Origin: a virus
IMG/VR virus record: IMGVR_UViG_3300047481_001036
Strand: one strand, 5' to 3'
Length of the DNA stretch: 64,000 nucleotides
Part shown: positions 20,091 through 30,568 of the stretch, piece by piece
How positions within the stretch are numbered: position 1 is the first letter of the stretch
Layout of the letters: the number at the start of each line of letters is the position of its first letter
The notes under the pieces: model-generated
Told to the model about the DNA's origin: nothing
The model's input: the letters and a program-made list of their open reading frames with translations, nothing else
Databases searched by the model: none
Position numbers and translations under genes: made by a program

Positions 20091-20400
20091 TATAATAGTA
20101 ATACTTTGTTTATCTTTTATGATGCAAGAAAGCTATGGTCAGGGATGGGTGGCATCCTATGAAAGATACAATTTTGTTCCTGCTGTTGCGGTGCCTGTGG
20201 CTCCTACAGTATATGGGGAAAATAGGCCAATGTTAGTATATTATGTTCAACCTATTCAGTATAATACTACATATTATAATTATTATTATGTTTACCCATA
20301 TGGTCCTATGGTATCTCCGTACTCTAGTCCTTATTTATATGCTCCTGGTGTTCCTGTTTATATTCAGGCACAACCAAGGTGCAGACTTTTTAAATACTAA
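20071..20400 (+). CDS. secreted Tyr/Pro/Val-rich small protein
   Basis: Signal-peptide-like N terminus; low-complexity YYVYPY segments. Confidence 0.55.
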   Translation: MKTIMNSIIVILCLSFMMQESYGQGWVASYERYNFVPAVAVPVAPTVYGENRPMLVYYVQPIQYNTTYYNYYYVYPYGPMVSPYSSPYLYAPGVPVYIQAQPRCRLFKY

Positions 20401-20484
20401 TCCTAAAACAGGGTGTTGACTTTGTAAATTTGTCTGCTAAATTCGAGTCCTAGGTAGATAAATTCTCACCCGAAAGGACTCGAT

Positions 20485-21750
20485 ATGAAAAAGCATGGAT
20501 TGTGTGTAGAATCGTTAGAGACTAGATCTTTATTAACTCCTATTGTGGCTATTATTGACAGTGGCATAGATCTTAATCATCAAGCACTACAGCAATATAT
20601 TTGGAATAATCCTAATGAATTAGCAAATAATAATATTGATGATGATAATAATGGTTATATAGATGATATTCATGGATGGAATTTTGCCAATAATACTAAT
20701 ATTGTGCAGGATGGGTACGGTCATGGTACTCATGTGGCCGGAATAGTGGCAAGTTATGGTCCAGTCTCTTTGATGGCTTTAAAATTTCAAGATGATAGTG
20801 GATTAGGATTTACAGGGGCTGCTATCTCTGCTATAAATTATGTTATAATGATGAAAAAAACATTTGGATTAGATATAGTAGCTATCAATGCTAGTTGGGG
20901 AGGAACTACGGGAACTTCATTTATGTTAGAAAGAGCTATTCAACTAGCTAATGATGCTAATATAGTATTTGTATCCGCTGCTGGCAATAATGCTTCTGAT
21001 AATGATCTAACTCCAAGATATCCTAGCGGTTATGATGTGCCTAATATTATAGCAGTTGCTGCTGTAGGATATGACAATCAGACTTTGGCGGGATTTTCTA
21101 ATTATGGGAAAAATAGTGTAGATTTGGGGGCTAAAGGAACTGCTATATATTCTACATTACCAGGTAACCAGTATGGATACTTGAGTGGTACGAGTATGGC
21201 AGCTCCTCAAGTTGCTGGTGCGGTAGCGGCCATATGTAATAAGTATGGAAATTTGAGTGTAGCAGAAATAAAAGAAAGAATCTTTTCTACTGTTACGAAA
21301 AGTATATACCTAACTGATAAAGTGTATACTGGTGGATCGCTTAATATTACAGGAGCTTTATCTTCAAATGTTACTGTTGTAGTAAATCCTCCAACTCTTC
21401 CTAGTCCTCCTGCTCCTCCGATTGTGGTGAAGAGCTGGGATGAAAGGATTGTGGGGCGAACGGATATATTCAATATTAATAGAGTTAGAGGATGGGCGGT
21501 TGATACTGATCATGTTAATGACAGAGTAAGAGTTAAAGTAGTTATAAATAATCGTAGCGTTGTGGTTGTCGATGCTAATCAGTATCGTAGTAACCTAGTT
21601 AACTACGGAGATAGGCGTCATGGGTTCGATATTCGATTAAGTCGTAAAATGTTTAATCGAGGATGGAATGAAGTAAAGATATTTGCGGAAAATAAAGATA
21701 CTGGTGAACTAAAAATGATAGCTACCAAAAGAATCAGAAGAATAATATAA
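20485..21750 (+). CDS. subtilisin-like (S8) serine protease with planctomycete-type LExRxLL leader
   Basis: Catalytic motifs AIIDSG, HGTHVAG, AAGN, SGTSMAAPQVAG; N-terminal VESLETRSLL. Confidence 0.9.
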   Translation: MKKHGLCVESLETRSLLTPIVAIIDSGIDLNHQALQQYIWNNPNELANNNIDDDNNGYIDDIHGWNFANNTNIVQDGYGHGTHVAGIVASYGPVSLMALKFQDDSGLGFTGAAISAINYVIMMKKTFGLDIVAINASWGGTTGTSFMLERAIQLANDANIVFVSAAGNNASDNDLTPRYPSGYDVPNIIAVAAVGYDNQTLAGFSNYGKNSVDLGAKGTAIYSTLPGNQYGYLSGTSMAAPQVAGAVAAICNKYGNLSVAEIKERIFSTVTKSIYLTDKVYTGGSLNITGALSSNVTVVVNPPTLPSPPAPPIVVKSWDERIVGRTDIFNINRVRGWAVDTDHVNDRVRVKVVINNRSVVVVDANQYRSNLVNYGDRRHGFDIRLSRKMFNRGWNEVKIFAENKDTGELKMIATKRIRRII

Positions 21751-21992
21751 TGGCTAATAAACTGGCCAATTTATATAGGGGTCGCTTACTATGTTTATAC
21801 CACCGGGAGGTTTTTCGACATTTCAGCCCAGTATCACGTAAAATGAAAAAACCCCCTAAGATGTTGTGGCATAAGTACTTAGGTGCTATTGTATCGCGAA
21901 ACTTGACGTAAGTACTTGTGAGATAATGACTTAGAATAAATGGCACGATATTTGCTGTCAGAAAAAATTCTCAAAAAAATTTTTCTAAGGTA

Positions 21993-22021
21993 TTGACACG
22001 GGTTTGGCCGATATGTATAAT
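21993..22021 (+). promoter_or_regulatory. sigma70-type early promoter, first of more than 20 with CCGATA in the spacer
   Basis: TTGACA-17-TATAAT. Related copies start near 22626, 23634, 26531, 27496, 28384, 29100, 30228, 31102, 31520, 32327, 32837, 34455, 34632, 35636, 36978, 37834, 38961, 40435, 40871, 41283, 42221 and 51634. Confidence 0.85.
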
Positions 22022-22049
22022 ATGCTCAACACAAGAGGAGATGACGAAA

Positions 22050-22274
22050 ATGATTGCGCTGAACACTGTGGCTGAGTTGACCGGGTTTCTGAACAACAAC
22101 TCTACTCTTTCGACCCTTGTGGGCGAAGTGGTTTTCTCTGGTGATCTGCTCGACCATGTTCGGGCTAACGGTAACGTGATCAACATCGACGAGGAGATCG
22201 GTTTCTGTGATGATGGTGGAGAAATCGTTATCGACGATAACGGGAATGTTGTTAGCGATATGTATATTCCGTAA
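22050..22274 (+). CDS. small acidic hypothetical protein
   Basis: GAGGAG SD; follows the promoter at 21993. Confidence 0.65.
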   Translation: MIALNTVAELTGFLNNNSTLSTLVGEVVFSGDLLDHVRANGNVINIDEEIGFCDDGGEIVIDDNGNVVSDMYIP

Positions 22275-22682
22275 GGTATTGACAACCTAAAAATTAGTTG
22301 CTAAAATAGGCTCAACACGAAAGGACGAATATGGACAGCGTAATTACCGTAATTTTTTCTTCTGATTGTTGTGGGGCTCATATGACTTTTGCACAGGCAG
22401 ATTATGAGATTTGCCCATCTTGCCTAGATCATTGCGAAGTAATTGGTGAAGAGGTTATCGAAGATCGAGGAGAATATTGATCGTAAACCCTTGCTACTAA
22501 AGCACTTAGAGAAAGGTATTGCGGCAAAACTTGACGTAAGTACTTAGCCCGTAATGACTTAGGTATACTAAAAATTTTTTATAGATTTGGCATGAAATTA
22601 TTTTTATTTTTCTAAAAGTTTTCTCTTGCATTTGGTCGATAATATTGGTAGAATCAAGTATCAAAGAAAGAGAGTGATAGAG

Positions 22683-22907
22683 ATGGAAAAGAGTATGAGT
22701 GTGAATGGTTTCCTTGCTACGCTTCCTAAGATTGTGCAAAAGAAAGTGTGGAAGGTTACGGATTCCACTGGTACGGTTGTACAGTATGTAGGCTCTACCG
22801 ATAATCGGAAAAGTACTGCTCAGGTGTACATCAACAGCAAGTATCCCGGTCAAAACTTGACCCTTACGTTTTCTCACTTCAACGGAATGATTGCTATCCC
22901 CCGATAA
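22683..22907 (+). CDS. hypothetical protein
   Basis: ORF after the promoter at 22626. Confidence 0.6.
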   Translation: MEKSMSVNGFLATLPKIVQKKVWKVTDSTGTVVQYVGSTDNRKSTAQVYINSKYPGQNLTLTFSHFNGMIAIPR

Positions 22908-22967
22908 GAGGGGTTGACGGGCGGGAAAAGTTTGGTATAATACTGGAAAGAGAAAGAGAGAAAGATT

Positions 22968-23180
22968 ATGAGCAAGAATGAAGTGATGATGATTGTGGAA
23001 AAGATTTTCGGTGATGATGCTAACCGTGTTCGCGTCAACATGAGCGGTGATTGCTACCGTATCGAATGGGAAGATGGTTGCCATTCGGTTAGGGTTAACG
23101 AAAAGAATGCGTTTGACAAGATTAACGATCTCTACTATGATGTTGCTTGTGAGAATGCTTCCGAGTTTGGTTGGTCTTGA
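22968..23180 (+). CDS. hypothetical protein
   Basis: Has its own TTGACG..TATAAT promoter and purine-rich leader. Confidence 0.6.
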   Translation: MSKNEVMMIVEKIFGDDANRVRVNMSGDCYRIEWEDGCHSVRVNEKNAFDKINDLYYDVACENASEFGWS

Positions 23181-23195
23181 ATAAAGGGTAAGAAA

Positions 23196-23306
23196 ATGAT
23201 TTTCAGTGATTATGTTCTCTTGACCGGTTTGCTTGCTGCCTGTGCATTTGTTTCGTATCTTGTGCATGAAATCGGCAACGCTATCAATTCTTATCTGAAC
23301 AGCTAA
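23196..23306 (+). CDS. 36-aa membrane peptide, paralogue of 26923-27033
   Basis: MIFSDYVLLTGLLAACAFVSYLVHEIGNAINSYLNS; 25/36 identical to the second copy. Confidence 0.7.
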   Translation: MIFSDYVLLTGLLAACAFVSYLVHEIGNAINSYLNS

Positions 23307-23847
23307 AGGCTATAATCATGGTTTTCTATATGTATCGTGCTGTTGACGCTAAACGCTTAGGTACAGTATATGCTATTGATTGGGTGGAAGCCCGCACACT
23401 AGCTACCCAAAAGTGGGGGTATAAGTTTGGCGAAGTGTTCGCATGTACAGCCCCATTGCCAGAGGAAGGCGGATTAGTGGTTTGGTGAACGTAAACCCTT
23501 ACTGCATAAGGACTTAGGGCAAATCGCGGGGCCGAATTCGACGTAAGTGGTTGGCATATATAGACTTACGACAACTCTATTTTTCTTCTCATTTGGCACA
23601 CGATTATTTTTCGGTTTTTTTCAAGAAAGCCTATTGACTTGGCCGATAATCTCTGTATAATAATGGCATAAGAAAGAAAGCAAAGGATAAGAAAATGAAG
23701 AATTGGATTTGCTATAACCTTTTTGGTGAAAAGGCTGATGATGTTGGCACTTTCGGAATGATTAGCGGATGTGCAATTATAGCCTTTCTTCTTTCGTCTG
23801 TTTTCTACTTTTTTGTTTATATTCCTCTTGTTTATTTTGGGTGAAAT

Positions 23848-24036
23848 ATGAATAGCCTTGATAAGATTCTTTCTGCTATGCGTACCGGTAAGTATGGTAG
23901 CGTTATTGACCCAAAGGGTAATGTGCATGTTGGCCTAATCAACTGCATCATGCGTGAGGATGGTAGTGGGAAGAACTGGATCGTTACGGTGACCAACCGT
24001 ACAGTAAGCGAACGGGTGTTCATTCACGCCAAATAA
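23848..24036 (+). CDS. hypothetical protein
   Basis: 62 aa, ends just before the repeat at 24044. Confidence 0.6.
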   Translation: MNSLDKILSAMRTGKYGSVIDPKGNVHVGLINCIMREDGSGKNWIVTVTNRTVSERVFIHAK

Positions 24037-24588
24037 TCGAACATAAGTCCTTGCTGCTAAAGGACTTAGAGCAAGGCGGTGCGGCCAGTTTTGACGTAAG
24101 TACTTATGCAGTAAGAGTTTACGCTCTGTATTTTTTCTAAACTAATGATTGGGGATTGGCCGATAATCTATATATAGAAAGAGAGGCCAAAATGTACGAT
24201 GTGGTTTTTTTGATTACCTTCATGGGATTCGGTATAGGATTTGAGGGGTGCGATGAGGGAAAGATGTATTTTGGGACGTATACGCCAAATAGGGAATATG
24301 GTTGGGTTGTAACGGATAAGGAAGTTTATTTGGATACGATTCTAGAAAAAACAAATGTTCAGTATTGACGCTTAAAGATTTTTCTGTATAATGCCGATAT
24401 AAGAAAGTAAGGAGAAAGAAAATGCAGTTTGCTCTTGGCGATAAGGTGAAGGTTGATGGGAAGTTTGGCCGAATCATTCTCTGGCATTTTGATGAAGGGA
24501 ATGTTTGGCATGTTGAGATTGACGGGGAAGAGTATGAGTGCTATGATGAGGACATGGAATTGATCTCCTGAAAATAAGGAAAATAAAA

Positions 24589-24741
24589 ATGGAAAAGATG
24601 ATCGACGAAAACGGAGAAGAGTGGATGATGGGCTTTTTTGAAGATGAGGGTTGGGATCCGATTATGGGAGATGCGGAAGACTGGGTGGAAACGGATGATG
24701 AGTGGCTGGACGATTTCCAGGGTGAAGAAGACTTTGCCTAA
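24589..24741 (+). CDS. 50-aa highly acidic protein
   Basis: MEKMIDENGEEW...DDFQGEEDFA; AAGGA SD; stop TAA is the first 3 nt of the repeat site at 24739. Confidence 0.65.
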   Translation: MEKMIDENGEEWMMGFFEDEGWDPIMGDAEDWVETDDEWLDDFQGEEDFA

Positions 24742-24988
24742 AGCGTTGCGGAGTAAAGACTTACGTCGCGGCGGGCCGCGAAAATTTGACGTAAGTACTT
24801 GTGGAGACTAGGTTTACGACACATTTCTCATCATACTAGATGTCCTATCAGAAGCCTCAAAAAAAAGACTCTCTCTAAACCTATATCTCATAAGGACTTA
24901 AGAACAATCTGGAATTTTTCTAAAGATTGCATTTGACTTTTGACGATAATTTATCGTATAATCTAGCATAAGAAAGAGAGAGTGAAAG

Positions 24989-25183
24989 ATGGAAAAGTTG
25001 ACTGTGACCGAAGAAATTGTCGTGTCTGCCCTGTTGAAAACCAGTGAGGACAACATGAGTTCCCTGATCGAAAGCGGTGTGAGTGAATCTCTTACCAAAA
25101 TGCTGATCGAGGATTTGCAGGCTCTTCGCGTAATCCGTCGCAAACTGGGTTTGGATTGCTATACCCCTCACGATAGGGGTTGA
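24989..25183 (+). CDS. hypothetical protein
   Basis: 64 aa after a promoter. Confidence 0.6.
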   Translation: MEKLTVTEEIVVSALLKTSEDNMSSLIESGVSESLTKMLIEDLQALRVIRRKLGLDCYTPHDRG

Positions 25184-25233
25184 CACCAATAGAAAGTTTT
25201 TGCTAGAATACGACCAACACGAAAGGAACAGTT

Positions 25234-25575
25234 ATGAAGCAGAAGTTTGAGATCATCGAAAATGCTAAGCGTCAAGCCCGTATGTGCTTTCTGGGGATTG
25301 CCATTCCTCACCAACCCTCTCTTGCCGAAGGGGTTTACGGCCCTATTCGCTCGGAAAAGGTTCTGAAGTTCAATCGAAAGGCACTTCGCAATTTGGGCAA
25401 AGTACAGAAAGAAAAGACGAATCCCCGTCTTATTGGGGGTGAGGATACCATGATCGTGAAGGCTGGAAAGCCGGGTTCATGGGAAAGGGTTGAAGCACTG
25501 GCTCACCAATATGGTGCGATTTTGGCGTGTGGTGAGGAAGTTTCTCCATTCGCATTCAAAGCAAGTGATGAATGA
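25234..25575 (+). CDS. hypothetical protein
   Basis: 113 aa, AAGGA SD, own promoter. Confidence 0.65.
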   Translation: MKQKFEIIENAKRQARMCFLGIAIPHQPSLAEGVYGPIRSEKVLKFNRKALRNLGKVQKEKTNPRLIGGEDTMIVKAGKPGSWERVEALAHQYGAILACGEEVSPFAFKASDE

Positions 25576-25832
25576 TTGTTCACTACTGAACAAAAGCTTG
25601 ACGTAAATCCTTACTATCACAGGACTTGCGTCAAGTTGCTGGGCCCGACTAGCTCTAAGTACTTATCCTACAACAACTTAGATACATAATTGCAAATCAT
25701 ATGCCAAACTATAAAATTTCTAAGATTTTTCTGTCAAAATTTCTTGACAATATTTTTTCGATTTTTCTCTTGAAAATTCAAGATTGAGACGATATAATGT
25801 CGATATAAGAAGTAAGAAAGAAAGAGGAAACG

Positions 25833-26039
25833 ATGAATAGCAAGACGATTGCAAAAGAGTTGCAGAAACTGGGTTACACGCTCAAGCGGACTTCTGACGT
25901 TGAAGCCCGATGGATGGTTCGCTCGGATGTGCTGACCTACCATTGGGACTTCAAGGACTTGAAGGGGGTTGAGCGATTTATGGTAGATGAGCGGGCTATG
26001 TATCGTTATGCCAAAGCCAACGGAGCAACCCTACGATAA
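25833..26039 (+). CDS. hypothetical protein
   Basis: 68 aa, GAGG SD. Confidence 0.6.
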   Translation: MNSKTIAKELQKLGYTLKRTSDVEARWMVRSDVLTYHWDFKDLKGVERFMVDERAMYRYAKANGATLR

Positions 26040-26095
26040 AGGGGTTGACACAAAAACACTTTTTGATAAGATACAACAATAAGAAAGGGATAAAT

Positions 26096-26407
26096 ATGAC
26101 ACATGCTGAAGCAGTTTCTATGGTTCGTGGCAAGCGTAACGCAACTCGTCGCAAGGTTGGCAACAACACCTATGCGGAAATCCTGCATGACGGGAGCGTG
26201 GGTATCATGCTGCATAGTACCTATGTGGTAAAGATTCATGAGGATAATACCTACACTCTAAATAGTGGAGGCTGGCAAACTCTGACCACAAAGGATAGAA
26301 TCAACCAGTATAGCCCGCGTTATGTCTATCAAAAGAATTTCGAATGGTTTGTAAAGATCAACGACAAATCCTATCCATTTATGGATGGTATGGTGGTGGG
26401 AAACTGA
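26096..26407 (+). CDS. conserved phage hypothetical protein
   Basis: TLNSGGWQTLTTKDRIN motif. Confidence 0.65.
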   Translation: MTHAEAVSMVRGKRNATRRKVGNNTYAEILHDGSVGIMLHSTYVVKIHEDNTYTLNSGGWQTLTTKDRINQYSPRYVYQKNFEWFVKINDKSYPFMDGMVVGN

Positions 26408-26582
26408 TCGTAAAGCCTTATCCCTAAACGACTTAGGGTGAGGCCGCGCCCCCCGCAGCGTCGTAAGTGCTTATGCAGCAACACTTTATGACGAGAAAAA
26501 TATTTTTGGATTTTTTTTAAGAATACCCTATTGACAGGACGATAATCTATGGTAGATTAGCAGTATCCAAGGAGAAAAGAGA

Positions 26583-26870
26583 ATGAATGCCACGAAGCGA
26601 AATATGGTTGAGCGGATCGCGGAGAAGGTGGGGGTGACGGGTTTGCAGGCCAGAGAAATCGTGCAGGCCACGTTGGATGATCTGGTCGCAACGCTCGCGG
26701 CGGAAGGTCGCATCGAATTGCGTAACTTTGGCGTGTTTACGGTCAAGGTGTCCGCTCCGCGTAAGGCTCGCAACCCACGAACGGGTGAGACTGTGATGAT
26801 CGGTGAGCGTAAGGTAGTAAAGTTCAAGGCCGGAAAGGCTATGGAGAATACCGTAAACCGACAAGGCTGA
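26583..26870 (+). CDS. HU/IHF-family DNA-bending protein
   Basis: RIELRNFGVFTVK...ARNPRTGETV...VKFKAGK. Confidence 0.92.
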   Translation: MNATKRNMVERIAEKVGVTGLQAREIVQATLDDLVATLAAEGRIELRNFGVFTVKVSAPRKARNPRTGETVMIGERKVVKFKAGKAMENTVNRQG

Positions 26871-26922
26871 GACTTGACAAGTTAGATTTTTAGGATACAA
26901 TGCACCTTGAGAGGAGTTTGCA

Positions 26923-27344
26923 ATGAACGCTATGGATTATATTTTTCTTTTTGGTTTGCTTGCTCCGTGTGCTTTTATCAGCTATACTGTGCATGAAATT
27001 GGAAATGCTATAGCGTCCTATCTGAACGATTAAAAAAGGTTAAAAATATGATAGGGGTTATACTAGTGCTATTAGGTTTGCTTGTATTGGCTACGGTTGG
27101 CGGAGTTGTTTTGGCTATCATGGATATTTCAGCCGAAAATTATTAATATAAAGGATCACGGATGGTCGATATACAAATAGATTGGATGTGGATGGGTGTG
27201 GGATTTGTTGTTGGCATTGGTAGTGCTTGGCTTGTTTCTGACTTGGTTTTCCACTAAAAAATAGAAATAAAAATGAGTAAAGAAATTCTTTGGGCTGTTT
27301 CTTTTATTCTCGGTTCTGTAGTAGCTTTATTCGCTAATATCTAA
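26923..27344 (+). CDS. four tandem small membrane peptides (26923-27033, 27048-27146, 27162-27257, 27273-27344)
   Basis: Manual translation: 36, 32, 31 and 23 aa, each with one hydrophobic helix; most have an SD. Confidence 0.55.
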
Positions 27345-27548
27345 ACTAGCTCTAAACCCTTGTGGCGTAAAGACTTACGTCATAAAGGGCCCGCCCCGCG
27401 ATACCTAAGTCGTTGCAGCATAAAGACTTAGGATCAATCTTTACACACGCAAATACTGTGCCATAAAATTTTTGTTTTTCTCCAAAGTTTGAACTTGCAT
27501 TTGGTCGATAATTAGTGTAGACTCAGAGCATCAAGAGGAGGAAGAATC

Positions 27549-27707
27549 ATGCTCAACGATTTTGATGATGTGAATCGGATTCTTGCAGAGATGGCCGACG
27601 ATGGTATGATTGAGCCTATTGATGATCCCAATGTCGAAATTAACTTTTGGGATTGGGCAGATGTGGTGGGGTGTGTAGAAGATTTTGTCCCCGAGGAGGC
27701 GTTTTGA
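27549..27707 (+). CDS. 52-aa acidic protein
   Basis: GAGGAGG SD; MLNDFDDVNRIL...EEAF. Confidence 0.65.
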   Translation: MLNDFDDVNRILAEMADDGMIEPIDDPNVEINFWDWADVVGCVEDFVPEEAF

Positions 27708-27791
27708 TGTTGGATTTGCTCTTGACGGTATGCGGAGTCGTGCTATACTTCGGATTCCTTTATTTGAACCTCACTCTGGAAAGGAACTAAT

Positions 27792-28070
27792 ATGAGTCAC
27801 CCAGATCCCCTTTTTGATCCTGATAACTCTTATGAGGATGATATGAATTACGACTATTATAACGATTACTTTGACGAGGATAGTAGTAACTATCATCCGG
27901 ATGCGGATCATGAGATTTCTACTCATACTGATGATGATTATGAGAACGAGGAAGAAGATGTTTGGAATGATGATGTCGATGATAGTATGGATGGAGATTT
28001 CGACAGTGCCATGCGAGATGCTGGATTTGGGACAGACGAGGATTATGGCTATTATGGAGAAGATTTCTAA
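27792..28070 (+). CDS. extremely Asp/Glu/Tyr-rich protein
   Basis: 92 aa with a single Arg and no Lys; AAGGA SD. Confidence 0.7.
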   Translation: MSHPDPLFDPDNSYEDDMNYDYYNDYFDEDSSNYHPDADHEISTHTDDDYENEEEDVWNDDVDDSMDGDFDSAMRDAGFGTDEDYGYYGEDF

Positions 28071-28273
28071 TGTTGACGATAAAAGAGTTTCGACAGTTGG
28101 TAAATGCTGAACTGAATAAACAGTGTGGTCTCTCTCTTGGTGATCTGCCAGATTTTGATCTGTACAATTACTATGATCCAGAACTGAATCCGCAAGAAGC
28201 CAATGATATTGCAGTGGAAGCGGCACATGATTTGCTCTATGAGGAAGGCTTTCCTCTGGAAGAAATGGTGTGA
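28070..28273 (+). CDS. hypothetical protein
   Basis: 67 aa, TAATG-coupled to the upstream gene. Confidence 0.65.
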   Translation: MLTIKEFRQLVNAELNKQCGLSLGDLPDFDLYNYYDPELNPQEANDIAVEAAHDLLYEEGFPLEEMV

Positions 28274-28417
28274 TCTAAACCGTTGTGGCGTAAGCACTTA
28301 CGTCGCGGCGGGCCGCAAAAACAAGCCATAAGTCTTTATATGACAAGACTTTAGAGACAAAATATTTTTTCTGAAGTTTTCTCTTGACTCTGACCGATAA
28401 TAGAGTAAGATAAGCGT

Positions 28418-28576
28418 ATGATGAAAAAGCAAAAAATCAAACTGGAAGTTAAGCCAATCTGGGCAATTGGCAAGGGTCATAACGTCCACAATAGCGGCTC
28501 GGGTCAGCACGACAATAGACCCAAGAGACTCCGTACCCGTCAATCAAGGAATAATCAGGCTATAAATGACTGGTAG
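28418..28576 (+). CDS. 52-aa basic protein, paralogue of 39244-39411 (possibly leaderless)
   Basis: W...KGH...DNRPKRLRTR; ATG lies 6 nt after the -10 TAAGAT. Confidence 0.6.
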   Translation: MMKKQKIKLEVKPIWAIGKGHNVHNSGSGQHDNRPKRLRTRQSRNNQAINDW

Positions 28577-28679
28577 TCTCTGCTAATCTTATGGAATCGG
28601 CTGGTGTGGCTGTAGTCAGCGAAAATATAGCGGTCTTGACAATCAAAAATTACAGTGTAGAATCTATAAAAAGAAAGGA

Positions 28680-28982
28680 TTGGTTATGGCTGGTATGACT
28701 CTGCAAGATTGGATTAATGCTTATATTCCCAAGGAGAATGAGAAGAATATGGTGAAGGTTAATGTTACTCACACAGATACTTTTGGTGGTGAACCTAACT
28801 ATGGTTGGGTAAAGCGTCATGAGTTTACCATTCATAAACATGCTTCGCAACGTAATATCGTTCGCAAGGCTAAGGCTCTGGCTGGAATGACGGGGGTTAA
28901 GGCCGATACTTATGATTACGGAGATAGTTATACCGTAAAGCCTAGAGGCTATCATCAGGTTATTTTTGTGGATTTTGAGTGA
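28680..28982 (+). CDS. conserved phage hypothetical protein
   Basis: THTDTFGGEPNYGWVKR motif. Confidence 0.65.
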   Translation: MVMAGMTLQDWINAYIPKENEKNMVKVNVTHTDTFGGEPNYGWVKRHEFTIHKHASQRNIVRKAKALAGMTGVKADTYDYGDSYTVKPRGYHQVIFVDFE

Positions 28983-29152
28983 ACATCACCCTAAACCCTT
29001 GGTGCTTCGGCACTTAGGGTGGCGGGTGCGGCCGAGCTGGTCGTAAGTTCTTATTTCTCAACACTTTATAGCTAAAATATTTTTTTTAAGTTTTTTCTCT
29101 TGACAAGCCGATAATATATGGTAGAATCCAAAGATGAAAGAGAGAGTGAAAA

Positions 29153-30114
29153 ATGAGTAGATATTATGAGGATCGTTGGAATCCGTATAATCGTCATGAT
29201 ACGGGTATGTATGTTGTCTATCGTAAGAGTGACAATAAGCACCTAGGAACGGTAGTGGATTGTCATACTGCTAGCGAAGCCAAACGTAAGGCTTATGACG
29301 AATATGGTTGTGAGTGCTATGTAAGTGAGATTGAGGAATAGTTAGTATGAAAAAGTTGAGTAATATGGATCTGGATGACTTGCAGTTCGATGCTCAGTTG
29401 ATGGGTTTTAGAGTTGTGTACCTGGAAAAGCCTCTTGACTGGAATCATTTTGTGTTGTATCATCTTATGCCACAGTTGACTTATGTTGGTCACTATAGAA
29501 CTTTGAACGATGTGCGTATGGATATGCAACAGCACTATGTACCAGCAGGAGTTTGAAATGAACGGTTATGAACTGATTGCTCAACTGAATGAGATTGTGA
29601 AGGATATAGTACTGGTTCCTAATAGTTTGCTTCCTGAAAACTTTCAAGATCATAGAACTGATAGTGTGAGTTTGGCCGATCTGGAAGACAAGTGCGATAG
29701 TATGGAACGTAGTGAAACTGACCACGAAGAAGAGAAGAGGGAAAAGGCTCGTCGTGTTGAGTTGTATCGTGAGATGATGCATAATGGGCGGGAAATATCC
29801 TATCTACGGAAGGGGCTGTGATGAACGGTAATAATCCGTATTGGCCTTATTGGTTGAGTAATACTCTAAACTTTACCTACCATGGTAAGAATGTTTGGGG
29901 TACTATTATGAGATTTGGTAATGGCTTCGTTACCATGATTACGAAAGATGGTTATCGTAATTATTGTTGGAATAAGATGGGTCCTATTATATTGTATCAG
30001 TGTGCTGTGCAGGAGCTTATAAAAAATTACCAGTATCACAATGATCAAAATTTTAAATATTTATATGATTTTTACGGACCTTATGTGCAGCCTTATCCTT
30101 GGAAAGAGGATTAA
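29153..30114 (+). CDS. four small hypothetical genes (29153-29341, 29347-29556, ~29558-29821, 29818-30114)
   Basis: Contiguous co-oriented ORFs within one repeat-bounded unit. Confidence 0.6.
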
Positions 30115-30280
30115 TCTCTAAAGTCTTGCAATTAAAAGACTTAGAAGCAAGCGACACCGCCGGATTTGACGTAAGTTCTTACTCCTTAATGCTTTACGAT
30201 CAAAAAAATTTTTTTAAGATTTTTCGCTTGACAAGCCGATAATAGTATTGTAGGATAGAACGCAAGAAAGAGAGGACAGT

Positions 30281-30502
30281 ATGCAACACCGTTTCTTTGA
30301 TATTGTGGTCGAAACTGAAAGTGGTGAGGTTGGGGTGGATAAGGAGTTTACACTGGATATTCCTGAGCATGACACTAGTAATGCTATGGAACGTGCAGAA
30401 TATCTGGGGATTATGATGGATACGCTGGTTGCGACAAGCGGACTTGCTGTATGCTCTTTCCGCAGCGAGATTGTGGAAAATTTTGCTCAAGTTTGCTCTT
30501 GA
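30281..30502 (+). CDS. hypothetical protein
   Basis: GAGGA SD after the promoter at 30228. Confidence 0.6.
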   Translation: MQHRFFDIVVETESGEVGVDKEFTLDIPEHDTSNAMERAEYLGIMMDTLVATSGLAVCSFRSEIVENFAQVCS

Positions 30503-30568
30503 CAATTGATGATAATAGTGTAGAATGTTGGAAACGTCATGGTTAGATTTCTCTAAGAAAGGTTTGAT

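Noticed and set aside
22506-23267. Long minus-strand ORFs in the early region (also 30200-31060 and 42076-42885)
   Set aside because: Antisense shadows of well-supported plus-strand genes; they cross promoters and repeats and contain no recognisable motifs.
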